This document shows positions 1-11,159 of a stretch of 64,000 bases of DNA, one piece after another. This DNA is from Salinispira sp. (GTDB taxonomy: Bacteria > Spirochaetota > Spirochaetia > DSM-27196 > Salinispiraceae). Numbering within the stretch: the stretch's first letter is position 1; every line of letters begins with the position of its first letter. The notes beneath the pieces were generated by a model that saw only the letters and a list, made by a program, of their open reading frames with translations, had not been told where the DNA came from and made no database searches. The position numbers were made by a program, and so were the translations under genes. Location of the stretch: the NCBI GenBank assembly GCA_965226555.1, contig CBDDDG010000021.1, positions 320,001 through 384,000 of the forward strand, read 5' to 3'.

Positions 1-2950
<2,950 letters not shown>

Positions 2951-3092
2951 ATTTTTCGTTGTTGATTGTTTCCAGAAGAAATATCTTGAGTATTGTTCTG
3001 CCCATCCAGTGCGCAGCATACCTTGTCTGCTTTCTCTCTCCTTTTATATTAGTGTAAAACCGCCGCTGGCGGGTATGTATAGTGAATTGTGT

Positions 3093-3208
<116 letters not shown>

Positions 3209-3392
3209 TTTTTGTTTTTACATTCATAGAAAGTTTTTTTCTTGATTGTGCTGTCCCAATGTGATATAACTATAGTACGGCTTTTCGAACTGATATACTG
3301 TACCGATAGGTGCAGGAACAGTCGGAAATGCCGATGAAAAATATTGAAGCATAAAGAGGTATAAAATTATGCGAACTACGTTATTGAAAAGT

Positions 3393-3401
3393 GGGGGGGG
3401 G
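3393..3401 (+). repeat. G9 homopolymer in a lipoprotein signal-peptide region
   Basis: ATG 3369 (RBS agaggt) stops at TAA 3402 with G9; G10 or G7 would join it in frame to ORF 3425-5413. Confidence 0.85.
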
Positions 3402-3424
3402 TAACCCTCTTCCTATTTTGCGCA

Positions 3425-5413
3425 ATGTTCATTGCGCTGCTTGCCGGATGTCCAATGCCGGAACCAAGCCCTGAACCCGATCCAATGGCGGAACTAACTG
3501 CCCCGGGCACCATGGCTGCTCCAACCCTTGAAGTGGGAAATGGTCAACTAAGGGTTAACTGGACTCCGCCGGAAAATAACGGCAGCGACATTACCGCGTA
3601 TGAACTTCGCCATAGCGATGACGGCGGGAGCAACTGGTCGGATGACATTACTACAGCCGACGCGCCAGCCGTAAGCACCGCCATTGAGGGGCTGACAAAC
3701 GGCACCCCCTACGTCGCGCAGGTGCGCGCACGGAACAGCGCGGGCGCAGGCGAATGGTCGGAATCGAGCGCAGAAGCAACACCTATTGCCGCCGTTCCCA
3801 CGGCGCCGAATGGGTTCATGCTTTCAGTGAGTATGCAAACAATTACCGCAACATGGACTGCGCCGACCGATGCTGGCGACAGCGCCATTACTCACTATGA
3901 ACTACAACATCGCGAAGTTGGAGCAGACGAGTGGGAACCTGTCATTGCCACCGCCGATGCCGACACCCTGACCCTGACCATCCCCATCCTGACAAAAGGT
4001 GCCGAGTACGAGGTGCAGGTCTACGCTGTCAATACAGATGGAAATGGTAACCCAACGGAAATTATGAAAATAACAATTCCGGCTACCACACCCAGCGCGC
4101 CGATAGCTCCTACGCTCACAGCTGGAAATACCCAGATCACCGCAACATGGGGCGCGCCGAATGACGGCGGCAGCGAAATTACCGCGTACCATGTGCAGCA
4201 CAGAATAAGCGCCTCCGGCACGTGGTCAACGGCTGATACAGATAACATCGCCACTATTACTGATGGGGGTACCACGAGTCACATCATTACCGGGCTGACA
4301 AACGATACCTCCTACCAAGTACGGGTGCGCGCTGTCAACGCTATCGGCACTGGCGGCTGGTCATTATCCGCAACGGAAACGTCGCAATTTTCTGCGACAC
4401 AGGTTCCTTATGGTACGGCAGCGACGGTAAGCCTTACGCCTGCCGTTAATGCCATTATTGCCGCTCAGAGTCCAACCGTTTCATTGACCGTGGTGGAACC
4501 GGGCACTCTCGCGGTTAGTGGATCAGGAGACATTACGATCACCGCCGCAACTGCGCCCGTAGGGGTTACCGTTCCGACAGTTAATGCGAGTACCGGAGTT
4601 GTTTCGGTTGCTACGGGTACAACGGCAGGAACATATCTGGTATACGGCACTGAATCTGGAGGTACAGACATACTGTTTGCCGAATATTTTTACGTTACCG
4701 TGAGTCCTGCTGATAACGCTGCACTGGACGCAGCGGTAGCTGCGGGAATATCAAACTGGGGCAATACTGCCGATCTCAACTACATTATTACCACGGCAGT
4801 AACGAATATGGCCGAGGTGTTTTTTAGTAGCGTATTCAATGGCGATATCTCGGGCTGGGATACCAGCGCGGTAACGAGTATGTATAGGATGTTCAATGAG
4901 GCACTCTTATTCAATGGCGATATTTCCGGCTGGGATGTCAGTTCGGTAACGAATATGAGATTTATGTTCCGTTATGCAAGCGTATTCACTGGCGATATCT
5001 CGGGCTGGGATGTCAGTTCGGTAACAAATATGAGCACTATGTTCAATCAGGCAAGCGCATTCAATGGCGACATTTCCGGCTGGGATGTCAGCAAGGTAAT
5101 GAATATGTCCTTAATGTTCAATAACACAAGCGCATTCAATCAGAATATCTCGCGCTGGGATGTTAGTTCGGTAACGAATATGAGCTCTATGTTCCATGCT
5201 GCAAGCGCATTCAATCAAGATCTTGAGGAGTGGAAGGATCATTGGTCGACTGCTGCCGGGACGCTCGATGACAGTGGCAAATACACCGGAAACAAAACAA
5301 ATACGTTTACGGATTCCGGTGTGGAGAATGGGATTATTGATAATAAAGGCACTACAGATACTAGTGATGATGTGGTGGTGGAGGCTGCTGTGGGTACTCC
5401 ATCATGGTATTAG
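3425..5413 (+). CDS. Surface lipoprotein with 3 fibronectin type III domains and 6 DUF285/BspA-like 25-aa repeats (probable true start 3369, frameshifted at G9)
   Basis: Lipobox LLAGC; FN3 motifs (W..P...G..IT.Y, Y.V.VRA.N..G.G.WS); FNGDISGWDVSSVTNM repeats. Confidence 0.88.
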   Translation: MFIALLAGCPMPEPSPEPDPMAELTAPGTMAAPTLEVGNGQLRVNWTPPENNGSDITAYELRHSDDGGSNWSDDITTADAPAVSTAIEGLTNGTPYVAQVRARNSAGAGEWSESSAEATPIAAVPTAPNGFMLSVSMQTITATWTAPTDAGDSAITHYELQHREVGADEWEPVIATADADTLTLTIPILTKGAEYEVQVYAVNTDGNGNPTEIMKITIPATTPSAPIAPTLTAGNTQITATWGAPNDGGSEITAYHVQHRISASGTWSTADTDNIATITDGGTTSHIITGLTNDTSYQVRVRAVNAIGTGGWSLSATETSQFSATQVPYGTAATVSLTPAVNAIIAAQSPTVSLTVVEPGTLAVSGSGDITITAATAPVGVTVPTVNASTGVVSVATGTTAGTYLVYGTESGGTDILFAEYFYVTVSPADNAALDAAVAAGISNWGNTADLNYIITTAVTNMAEVFFSSVFNGDISGWDTSAVTSMYRMFNEALLFNGDISGWDVSSVTNMRFMFRYASVFTGDISGWDVSSVTNMSTMFNQASAFNGDISGWDVSKVMNMSLMFNNTSAFNQNISRWDVSSVTNMSSMFHAASAFNQDLEEWKDHWSTAAGTLDDSGKYTGNKTNTFTDSGVENGIIDNKGTTDTSDDVVVEAAVGTPSWY

Positions 5414-5462
5414 GAGCAGTTTCATAGCCCGCAGCGACTATTGAAACGCGGCAATTCAACTC

Positions 5463-5539
5463 AGGCAGGCGCGGATTTTTCCCCGGATGCTTGGGCGAGC
5501 AGGCGCGGAGCGCCGACCAGCCCCGTGCCTGCCTTTTTT
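5463..5539 (+). terminator. Intrinsic terminator interrupted by a GC-rich hairpin element
   Basis: Stem aggcaggcgcgg/ccgtgcctgcct plus T-run; uninterrupted homolog at 52872-52909. Confidence 0.75.
5481..5524 (-). repeat. GC-rich ~42-bp hairpin element, copy a
   Basis: Reverse complement ggggctggtcggcgctccgcgcctgctcgcccaagcatccgggg. Confidence 0.85.
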
Positions 5540-5567
5540 CGATAAAACGGCTGATCGGCGTACGCTT

Positions 5568-5611
5568 GGGCTGGTCAGAGGCGTGCGCCTCCGGTTCGCT
5601 TATGCGTCTGG
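5568..5611 (+). repeat. GC-rich hairpin element, degenerate copy b
   Basis: gggctggtcagaggcgtgcgcctccggttcgcttatgcgtctgg. Confidence 0.7.
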
Positions 5612-5630
5612 ATCAGGCTAATATCTCATT

Positions 5631-5780
5631 TGGAATGCTGTCTTTGTGCTTAGCATACTCTCATTTTGTAGAAAGTTTTGCATTGATAAAATTTTGCATT
5701 GGAAAATTGTGCAAGCACAATTTCCAGTAGCAAAATTTTCAGTAGCAAAACTCTGTAATAAAACTTTTTGAAAAACTTTC
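5631..5780. repeat. AT-rich palindromic intergenic repeat (composite)
   Basis: ggaatgctgtctttgtgcttagca...aaagttttgcattgataaa...ggaaaattgtgcaagcacaatttccagtagcaaaa, recurring through the window. Confidence 0.8.
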
Positions 5781-6195
5781 TCATATTCACCGTTCATATT
5801 TTACCCGTCTATATGGTATGAGCAAAAAATATATCGGTATGGTACACGCTGGAAATATGCTTTTGAAAATCCCCTGATATTCAGGGACTTCATATATTCA
5901 TACTTCAACAAAGACCTCGCGCTGAGCATTGTTCCCGGGAGCGTGCGTCAATACACCCTATAATACAGGGCGAATTCAACCATACGCTCACCCCATTCCT
6001 GCCCACTCATCCCTCCTTCCCCCATCCCTGAAAAAAAATTCACAAATTTTGCAAAATTCTTTCCGAAAACATAGTCAAAAATGACAGTTTACCCGTCACA
6101 GATATAGAGGAGAGAATTCACCATGGGACCATGTCGCCATGGGAGCTCCCCTATTCAGAAAGAAACGTTCAGAAAAAAACCTTCAGGAGGATTGT

Positions 6196-7284
6196 ATGAT
6201 CGATTTCAAAGAAAAACCCGCCCCCGTTCCCTACGACCAGGGATACCGCTCCCTGCTGTTCCAACCCGCAATAATGCTCCAATTTCTGCAACGCTTTGTC
6301 GGAGGCGCATGGACGAAAAAACTGCGAACCGAGGATATAACCATCGAAAACGGCACATTTTTCATCGACCATGCGAAAACACAAATGGCCGACATTGTCT
6401 GCAAAATCAGAACTCGGGATCACACGGGAGATGTTGCTATCTATGTGCTCCTTGAGCATCAGTCTGGAGTGGACAAAGACATGCCCCTCCGCATGTCGGA
6501 GTACACAAATCTTCTCTATAGAAACATTCACCGCTCCGGCGCAATTCCCGATGACTGCGAGTTGGTATTTCTGCCCATTGTGTTCTATAATGGTACGAGA
6601 AAATGGAAGGTGCCGGGGAATGTCAGAAAGCAACGGAAGCGGGAATTCCCGCAGTATCTTGCCCCTTTTCCTTATGATCTTATTAGCGAGAACGATTATT
6701 CTGCGGAACAGCTACAGCAGCGGGGAAGAATGTTTGCGGCTGTTATGTACCTTGATCTGTACTCGAAAAATCTGCTGAATACGGATTGGGACATTCGGAA
6801 GGTAGAGAAAGCGATAGCAGGAATGCTGAATGAAGAATCGCTGGAGCTGATAGAGGAATTTGTCGGCGTGGTAGATTCGATGTTCGGAATTGTTATAGAC
6901 TTAGATACGTTAATGAACAGATTAGAAAGAACAAAAGAACCGAGAGGTAAGGAGGTAGCAAAAATGTTCAGAATGAATGCGGAAACATTCAGAGCGCGCA
7001 TTGCGGAAATGGGTCGGCAGGAAGGACTACAGACAGGTCGGCAGGAAGGACTTCAGACAGGACTACAGACAGGTCGGCAGGAAGGACTGCGGACAGGTCG
7101 TGAAGAAGGACTTCAGAAGGGGCTACAGACAGGTCGGCAGGAAGGACTGCGAACAGGTCGTGAAGAAGGCATTCGAGAAACGGCCCGCAGTATGTTTTTG
7201 GAAGGCTTGTCGACCGAGGCTGTTCAGAGGATTACCGGGCTGAGCGATGAGGAAATGCGGACAGTGCGGAACGGATCGCATTAA
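6196..7284 (+). CDS. Rpn/YhgA-like recombination-promoting nuclease (PD-(D/E)XK), copy 1
   Basis: YD..Y..L, ADIV, YVLLEHQS..D..MPLRM..Y and PIVFYNG...W motifs; C-terminal GRQEG repeats; RBS aggagg before ATG 6196. Confidence 0.9.
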   Translation: MIDFKEKPAPVPYDQGYRSLLFQPAIMLQFLQRFVGGAWTKKLRTEDITIENGTFFIDHAKTQMADIVCKIRTRDHTGDVAIYVLLEHQSGVDKDMPLRMSEYTNLLYRNIHRSGAIPDDCELVFLPIVFYNGTRKWKVPGNVRKQRKREFPQYLAPFPYDLISENDYSAEQLQQRGRMFAAVMYLDLYSKNLLNTDWDIRKVEKAIAGMLNEESLELIEEFVGVVDSMFGIVIDLDTLMNRLERTKEPRGKEVAKMFRMNAETFRARIAEMGRQEGLQTGRQEGLQTGLQTGRQEGLRTGREEGLQKGLQTGRQEGLRTGREEGIRETARSMFLEGLSTEAVQRITGLSDEEMRTVRNGSH

Positions 7285-7296
7285 TTGGCGCCGCTC

Positions 7297-7339
7297 GGCC
7301 TGGTCGGCGCTGCGCGCCTGCTCGCCCATGCATCCGGGG
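7297..7339 (+). repeat. GC-rich hairpin element, copy c
   Basis: ggcctggtcggcgctgcgcgcctgctcgcccatgcatccgggg. Confidence 0.85.
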
Positions 7340-7347
7340 CGGTTAGA

Positions 7348-7389
7348 GAGTTCGAGGTGTCGCGCAACACGGTGCGGCGGTGGGTTCGG
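7348..7389 (+). mobile_element. 42-bp internal fragment of an IS481-like transposase gene
   Basis: 41/42 identical to the reverse complement of 50694-50735 (EFEVSRNTVRRWVR). Confidence 0.85.
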
Positions 7390-7400
7390 AGGATTGTTAT

Positions 7401-7829
7401 ATGAAGAAAACACAGTTACTTAATGCTTCTGTTTCCCGCATTGTTGCAGAAATGGGACATACCGATGGTCTCTGCATTGCAGATGCCGGGTTGCCGATTC
7501 CGGTGAGTACAGATTTTCCGGCTCGGATTGATCTTGCCGTCAGCCCGGGGGTACCGTCATTTCTGGAGGTACTGAGGGCAGTACTCTCTGAAATAGTGGT
7601 GGAGAGGGTGCTTATGGCCGAGGAGATTAAGACGATGAATCCGTCTATGTGGGAAGCAGTTTATAAGTTGCTGAAGCCGGAACTGAGCGCGGAAGCAGCC
7701 GGGGGCTGTATTGAATACCTGAGCCATGAGAAATTTAAGAAGCGTACACATGAAACCCGGGCGGTGCTGAGAACCGGTGAGTGCAGCCCATATTCCAACA
7801 TTATTCTCTATTCCGGAGTTGCATTCTGA
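7401..7829 (+). CDS. rbsD: D-ribose pyranase
   Basis: MKK..LLN...S...A.MGHTD...IADAGLPIP...RIDLA...RTGECSPYSNIIL.SGV.F. Confidence 0.95.
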   Translation: MKKTQLLNASVSRIVAEMGHTDGLCIADAGLPIPVSTDFPARIDLAVSPGVPSFLEVLRAVLSEIVVERVLMAEEIKTMNPSMWEAVYKLLKPELSAEAAGGCIEYLSHEKFKKRTHETRAVLRTGECSPYSNIILYSGVAF

Positions 7830-8794
7830 TGGTACAGGGTCAGACGCGGACATGGTCCCATGTTGGGCAGTATGTACAGCGTTCAGGATTGTTGCTGGCA
7901 TTCCTTGTGCTTTGTGTTATCCTCGCGCGTCTCTCCGATCGTTTTCTCACACTACCCAACATTCTGAATGTTCTCAGACAGTCATCTATTAATGGGATTA
8001 TTGCGGTTGGTATGACGCTGGTCATTCTCACCCGGGGCATTGATCTGTCGGTAGGAGCGGTGCTTGCGCTCACTGCGGTGATAACAGCGGAGCTTCTGGT
8101 TCTTGGTTTGCCGCCGGTATCTGCCTCAATTATTGGGATGCTGGCAGGCGGGCTGCTCGGTCTGTTCAATGGGGTTATTGTGACGGTATTTCATCTTCCT
8201 GCCTTTATTGCGACCCTGGGAACTATGACCTTTGCGCGGGGGCTTGCCCTGAATTTCACACAGGGGAAACCCGTTACCGGGCTTCCGGAAGCATTCCGAT
8301 GGCTGGGTACTGGTTTTATTGCGATGGTGCCGGTGCCGGTTATTGCGGCAGGGATGGTGTTTCTCATTGCTGCTGTTGTACTCAAGGGTACTGTGCATGG
8401 GGAGCGTATTTATGCCCTGGGGAACAATCCTGAAGCGGCGCGCTTTACCGGCATTCCAGTGAAGGCCTACATAACAATGATGTATGTCATAACCGGTATT
8501 CTGACGGCGCTTGCCGGACAGATTCTTGTTGGTCGTTTGGACTCGGCGCAGCCGGTTATGGGTATGGGATATGAGTTCAATGCGATTGCGGCGGTTGTTG
8601 TGGGGGGAACAAGTCTTGCAGGCGGGAGCGGCGGTATTGCGGGCACCATTATCGGTGTACTCATTATTGCTGTCATCAACAATGGTCTGAATCTGCTCAA
8701 TGTTCCATCATTCTGGGAACAGGTGGTAAGAGGGGTAGTTATTGCATCTGCCCTGCTTGTGCATAGAGCATCTGCCAGAAAAAAATTAGTATGA
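7829..8794 (+). CDS. rbsC: Ribose-type sugar ABC transporter permease
   Basis: GMTLVILTRGIDLSVG, GNN.EAAR..GI, YE..AIAAVVVGGTSL.GG.G; start overlaps the rbsD stop. Confidence 0.85.
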   Translation: MVQGQTRTWSHVGQYVQRSGLLLAFLVLCVILARLSDRFLTLPNILNVLRQSSINGIIAVGMTLVILTRGIDLSVGAVLALTAVITAELLVLGLPPVSASIIGMLAGGLLGLFNGVIVTVFHLPAFIATLGTMTFARGLALNFTQGKPVTGLPEAFRWLGTGFIAMVPVPVIAAGMVFLIAAVVLKGTVHGERIYALGNNPEAARFTGIPVKAYITMMYVITGILTALAGQILVGRLDSAQPVMGMGYEFNAIAAVVVGGTSLAGGSGGIAGTIIGVLIIAVINNGLNLLNVPSFWEQVVRGVVIASALLVHRASARKKLV

Positions 8795-8914
8795 AAAAAT
8801 CATCCCAGAGCAAGGGACATATCCAGACAGAGCCTTCAAGATCGCCTACTACAGAACCCCATAGATGATTCCCGACCTGCTGCGGCTGTTCAGTAGGGGA
8901 AAACAGTATTAAGA

Positions 8915-8975
8915 GAAATTTTTGCATTGATAAAGTTTTGCCTCATGAAAAACTTGACTAATGCAAAACTTTCTA
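8915..8975. repeat. AT-rich palindromic repeat
   Basis: tttgcattgataaagttttgcc...atgcaaaactttcta. Confidence 0.65.
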
Positions 8976-9003
8976 CGATAATAAAAATTAATGGAGGAAA
9001 TTC

Positions 9004-10401
9004 ATGAAGAATTTGAACATTAAACACCGGAAGCATTCCGCGCAGAAAGGTTTCGGATTGTACGCTCTCACGGCATTTTTTATTGCGGGAATACTTCTCA
9101 CTGCCTGTGATATGTGGGGGTTTTATGACGATGGTATTCACTATATCACCGGCACGGAATACGACCTCTACGGTTACAACAAAGACGGCTACAATGCTGA
9201 CGGTTACGATATTGATGGCTATAACGCAGATGGTTACGATGCGGAGGGCTACAACAAAAACGGTTACAATGCAGACGGCTACAATAGAAATGGTTATAAA
9301 GCAGACGGCTACAATGCTGCGGGTTTCAATGCTGACGGCAAACATCGTAACGGCACGAAATACAACGATGATGGCTATGACGAACAGGGTTATAACGCAG
9401 AAGGCTTTAACGCTGCGGGCAAACATCGCGACACCGGCGAGGAATACGACCTCTACGGTTATGGCAAAGACGGCTACAATGCAGCCGGTTTTGATGCCAA
9501 TGGCATTCACCGCGACACTGGCACACAGTACAACCTGTCCGGCTACGACGAAAATGGCTATGATCCATTTGGCTTTAACAGTGAAGGCATTCACCGCGAC
9601 ACTGGCACACAACATGACCTGCGCGGGTTTAAGAAAAACGGGTATAATGCCGCAGGTTTCTACCGAGACGATTTTCTCACACTTGCTGCTGCAGGGAATA
9701 CTGCACCATCCGGTATCTGGTCGGATGGAATAACGATGTGGGTGGCTGATAATACCAATGACAAAATCTACGCCTACAACATGGGTAGCAAGGAACGCGA
9801 TGCAGACAAAGATTTCAACACACTTACAGCTGCCGGGAATACCAACCCCAACGACATCTGGTCCGATGGAACAACAATGTGGGTAATAGATGCAAGCAAG
9901 GATAAAATCTATGCCTATAATATGGTGAGCAAGGAAAACGTACCGACAAAAACTATCTCCGTTGTTGCTGGTAGCGCGGGAATCTGGTCAGATGGAGAAA
10001 CAATGTGGGTAGTACGGGAGTTGGCTGATTCTCCTATTTATGCCTATAATATAAATACTGGGAATCGTACCGATACAAAAGATATTGAAATAATGTTTAC
10101 TGTCCGACGCCTCTGGTCAGATGGGGAAACAATGTGGGTGCTGCAAGCACTTGGCGCCAATAAAGGAATTGCAGCCTACCCGTTGGGCGGTGTCGGTGAC
10201 GGCGAAGTACGGTCTTCATCAAGAGATATCAACATCGCCATGCCTGCTGATATTAGGGGTGCGGGTACTACTGATGGTATTACTGACGCCTCCGGTATGT
10301 GGTCGGATGGGACAACAATGTGGGTGCTGGATAATGCCAGTGACAAAATTTACGCCTACGACTTAGCGACCGGAGCCCGCCCGCCCAAGGCAGCAGAATA
10401 A
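9004..10401 (+). CDS. Lipoprotein with GY(N/D)xx 5-aa repeats and C-terminal WSDG.TMWV repeats (probable beta-propeller)
   Basis: RBS ggagg; lipobox LLTAC; 15-bp tandem repeats; five WSDG repeats. Confidence 0.85.
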   Translation: MKNLNIKHRKHSAQKGFGLYALTAFFIAGILLTACDMWGFYDDGIHYITGTEYDLYGYNKDGYNADGYDIDGYNADGYDAEGYNKNGYNADGYNRNGYKADGYNAAGFNADGKHRNGTKYNDDGYDEQGYNAEGFNAAGKHRDTGEEYDLYGYGKDGYNAAGFDANGIHRDTGTQYNLSGYDENGYDPFGFNSEGIHRDTGTQHDLRGFKKNGYNAAGFYRDDFLTLAAAGNTAPSGIWSDGITMWVADNTNDKIYAYNMGSKERDADKDFNTLTAAGNTNPNDIWSDGTTMWVIDASKDKIYAYNMVSKENVPTKTISVVAGSAGIWSDGETMWVVRELADSPIYAYNINTGNRTDTKDIEIMFTVRRLWSDGETMWVLQALGANKGIAAYPLGGVGDGEVRSSSRDINIAMPADIRGAGTTDGITDASGMWSDGTTMWVLDNASDKIYAYDLATGARPPKAAE

Positions 10402-10658
10402 GCGCGCCCGAGTCCGCCCCGAATGCTCGGGCGGACGGAAGCACGTACTAATTGTTGATGCCGAGATCATCGAAGCCCCCAGCGTCGGGTAAATCTCCCC
10501 GCTGAACATACCGGCAATACGACAGAGCATGATGATGACCCATCAGCGCAGGAGATTCACGGCACAGACCACAGCATTACCGGTCTGACAAACGGCTATA
10601 TGCCAGCCCCGGTCGCCATTCTGATTAACGCAAATTCGGAGAGATTTTACCTGCATGG

Positions 10659-11105
10659 TTGAGAATGTCCCTGTCACATGTGAAACCCCCGCCTGCCCCA
10701 TCCCGAAAAAAAATAAATTTTTTTCAGAAAACATATTCAGAATCCCATAAATTTCTGTTTGCCGATGCGGAGTCCATACATCAACTGCTGCAATTTATTA
10801 ATGATGACTGGATACGGTATGTTTGCCCTGAGAACATTACCCTTATGAGCAACGAGTTCATCGAGAGAGTGCTCGGCAGAGAGCAGTCGAAGAATTTCAG
10901 GCGTAAAATATCGGACATTGTTGCGAAAGTTTCCTTCTGCTGCGGGAAAGAGAAGGAAGAGAAAATGGTGTATATTATTCTGGAGCATCAGTCATCTGTG
11001 GACTATGCCATGAGTGATCGCCAAATTTTCGAATATCCTGTTATCGATGTGAGAGCGCTTGAGGAGGATAAAATACTCAATTCCAGCGGTCGCGTGGCTG
11101 CCTAA
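10659..11105 (+). pseudogene. Truncated, internally deleted Rpn-family nuclease
   Basis: KISDIVAKV...YIILEHQSSVDYAM, no PIV.YNG segment, early stop. Confidence 0.7.
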
Positions 11106-11159
11106 ATGTGCATACTTCTGCTTGACCGATATGTTCTGAGCAGGTACCTTCATTGTACT

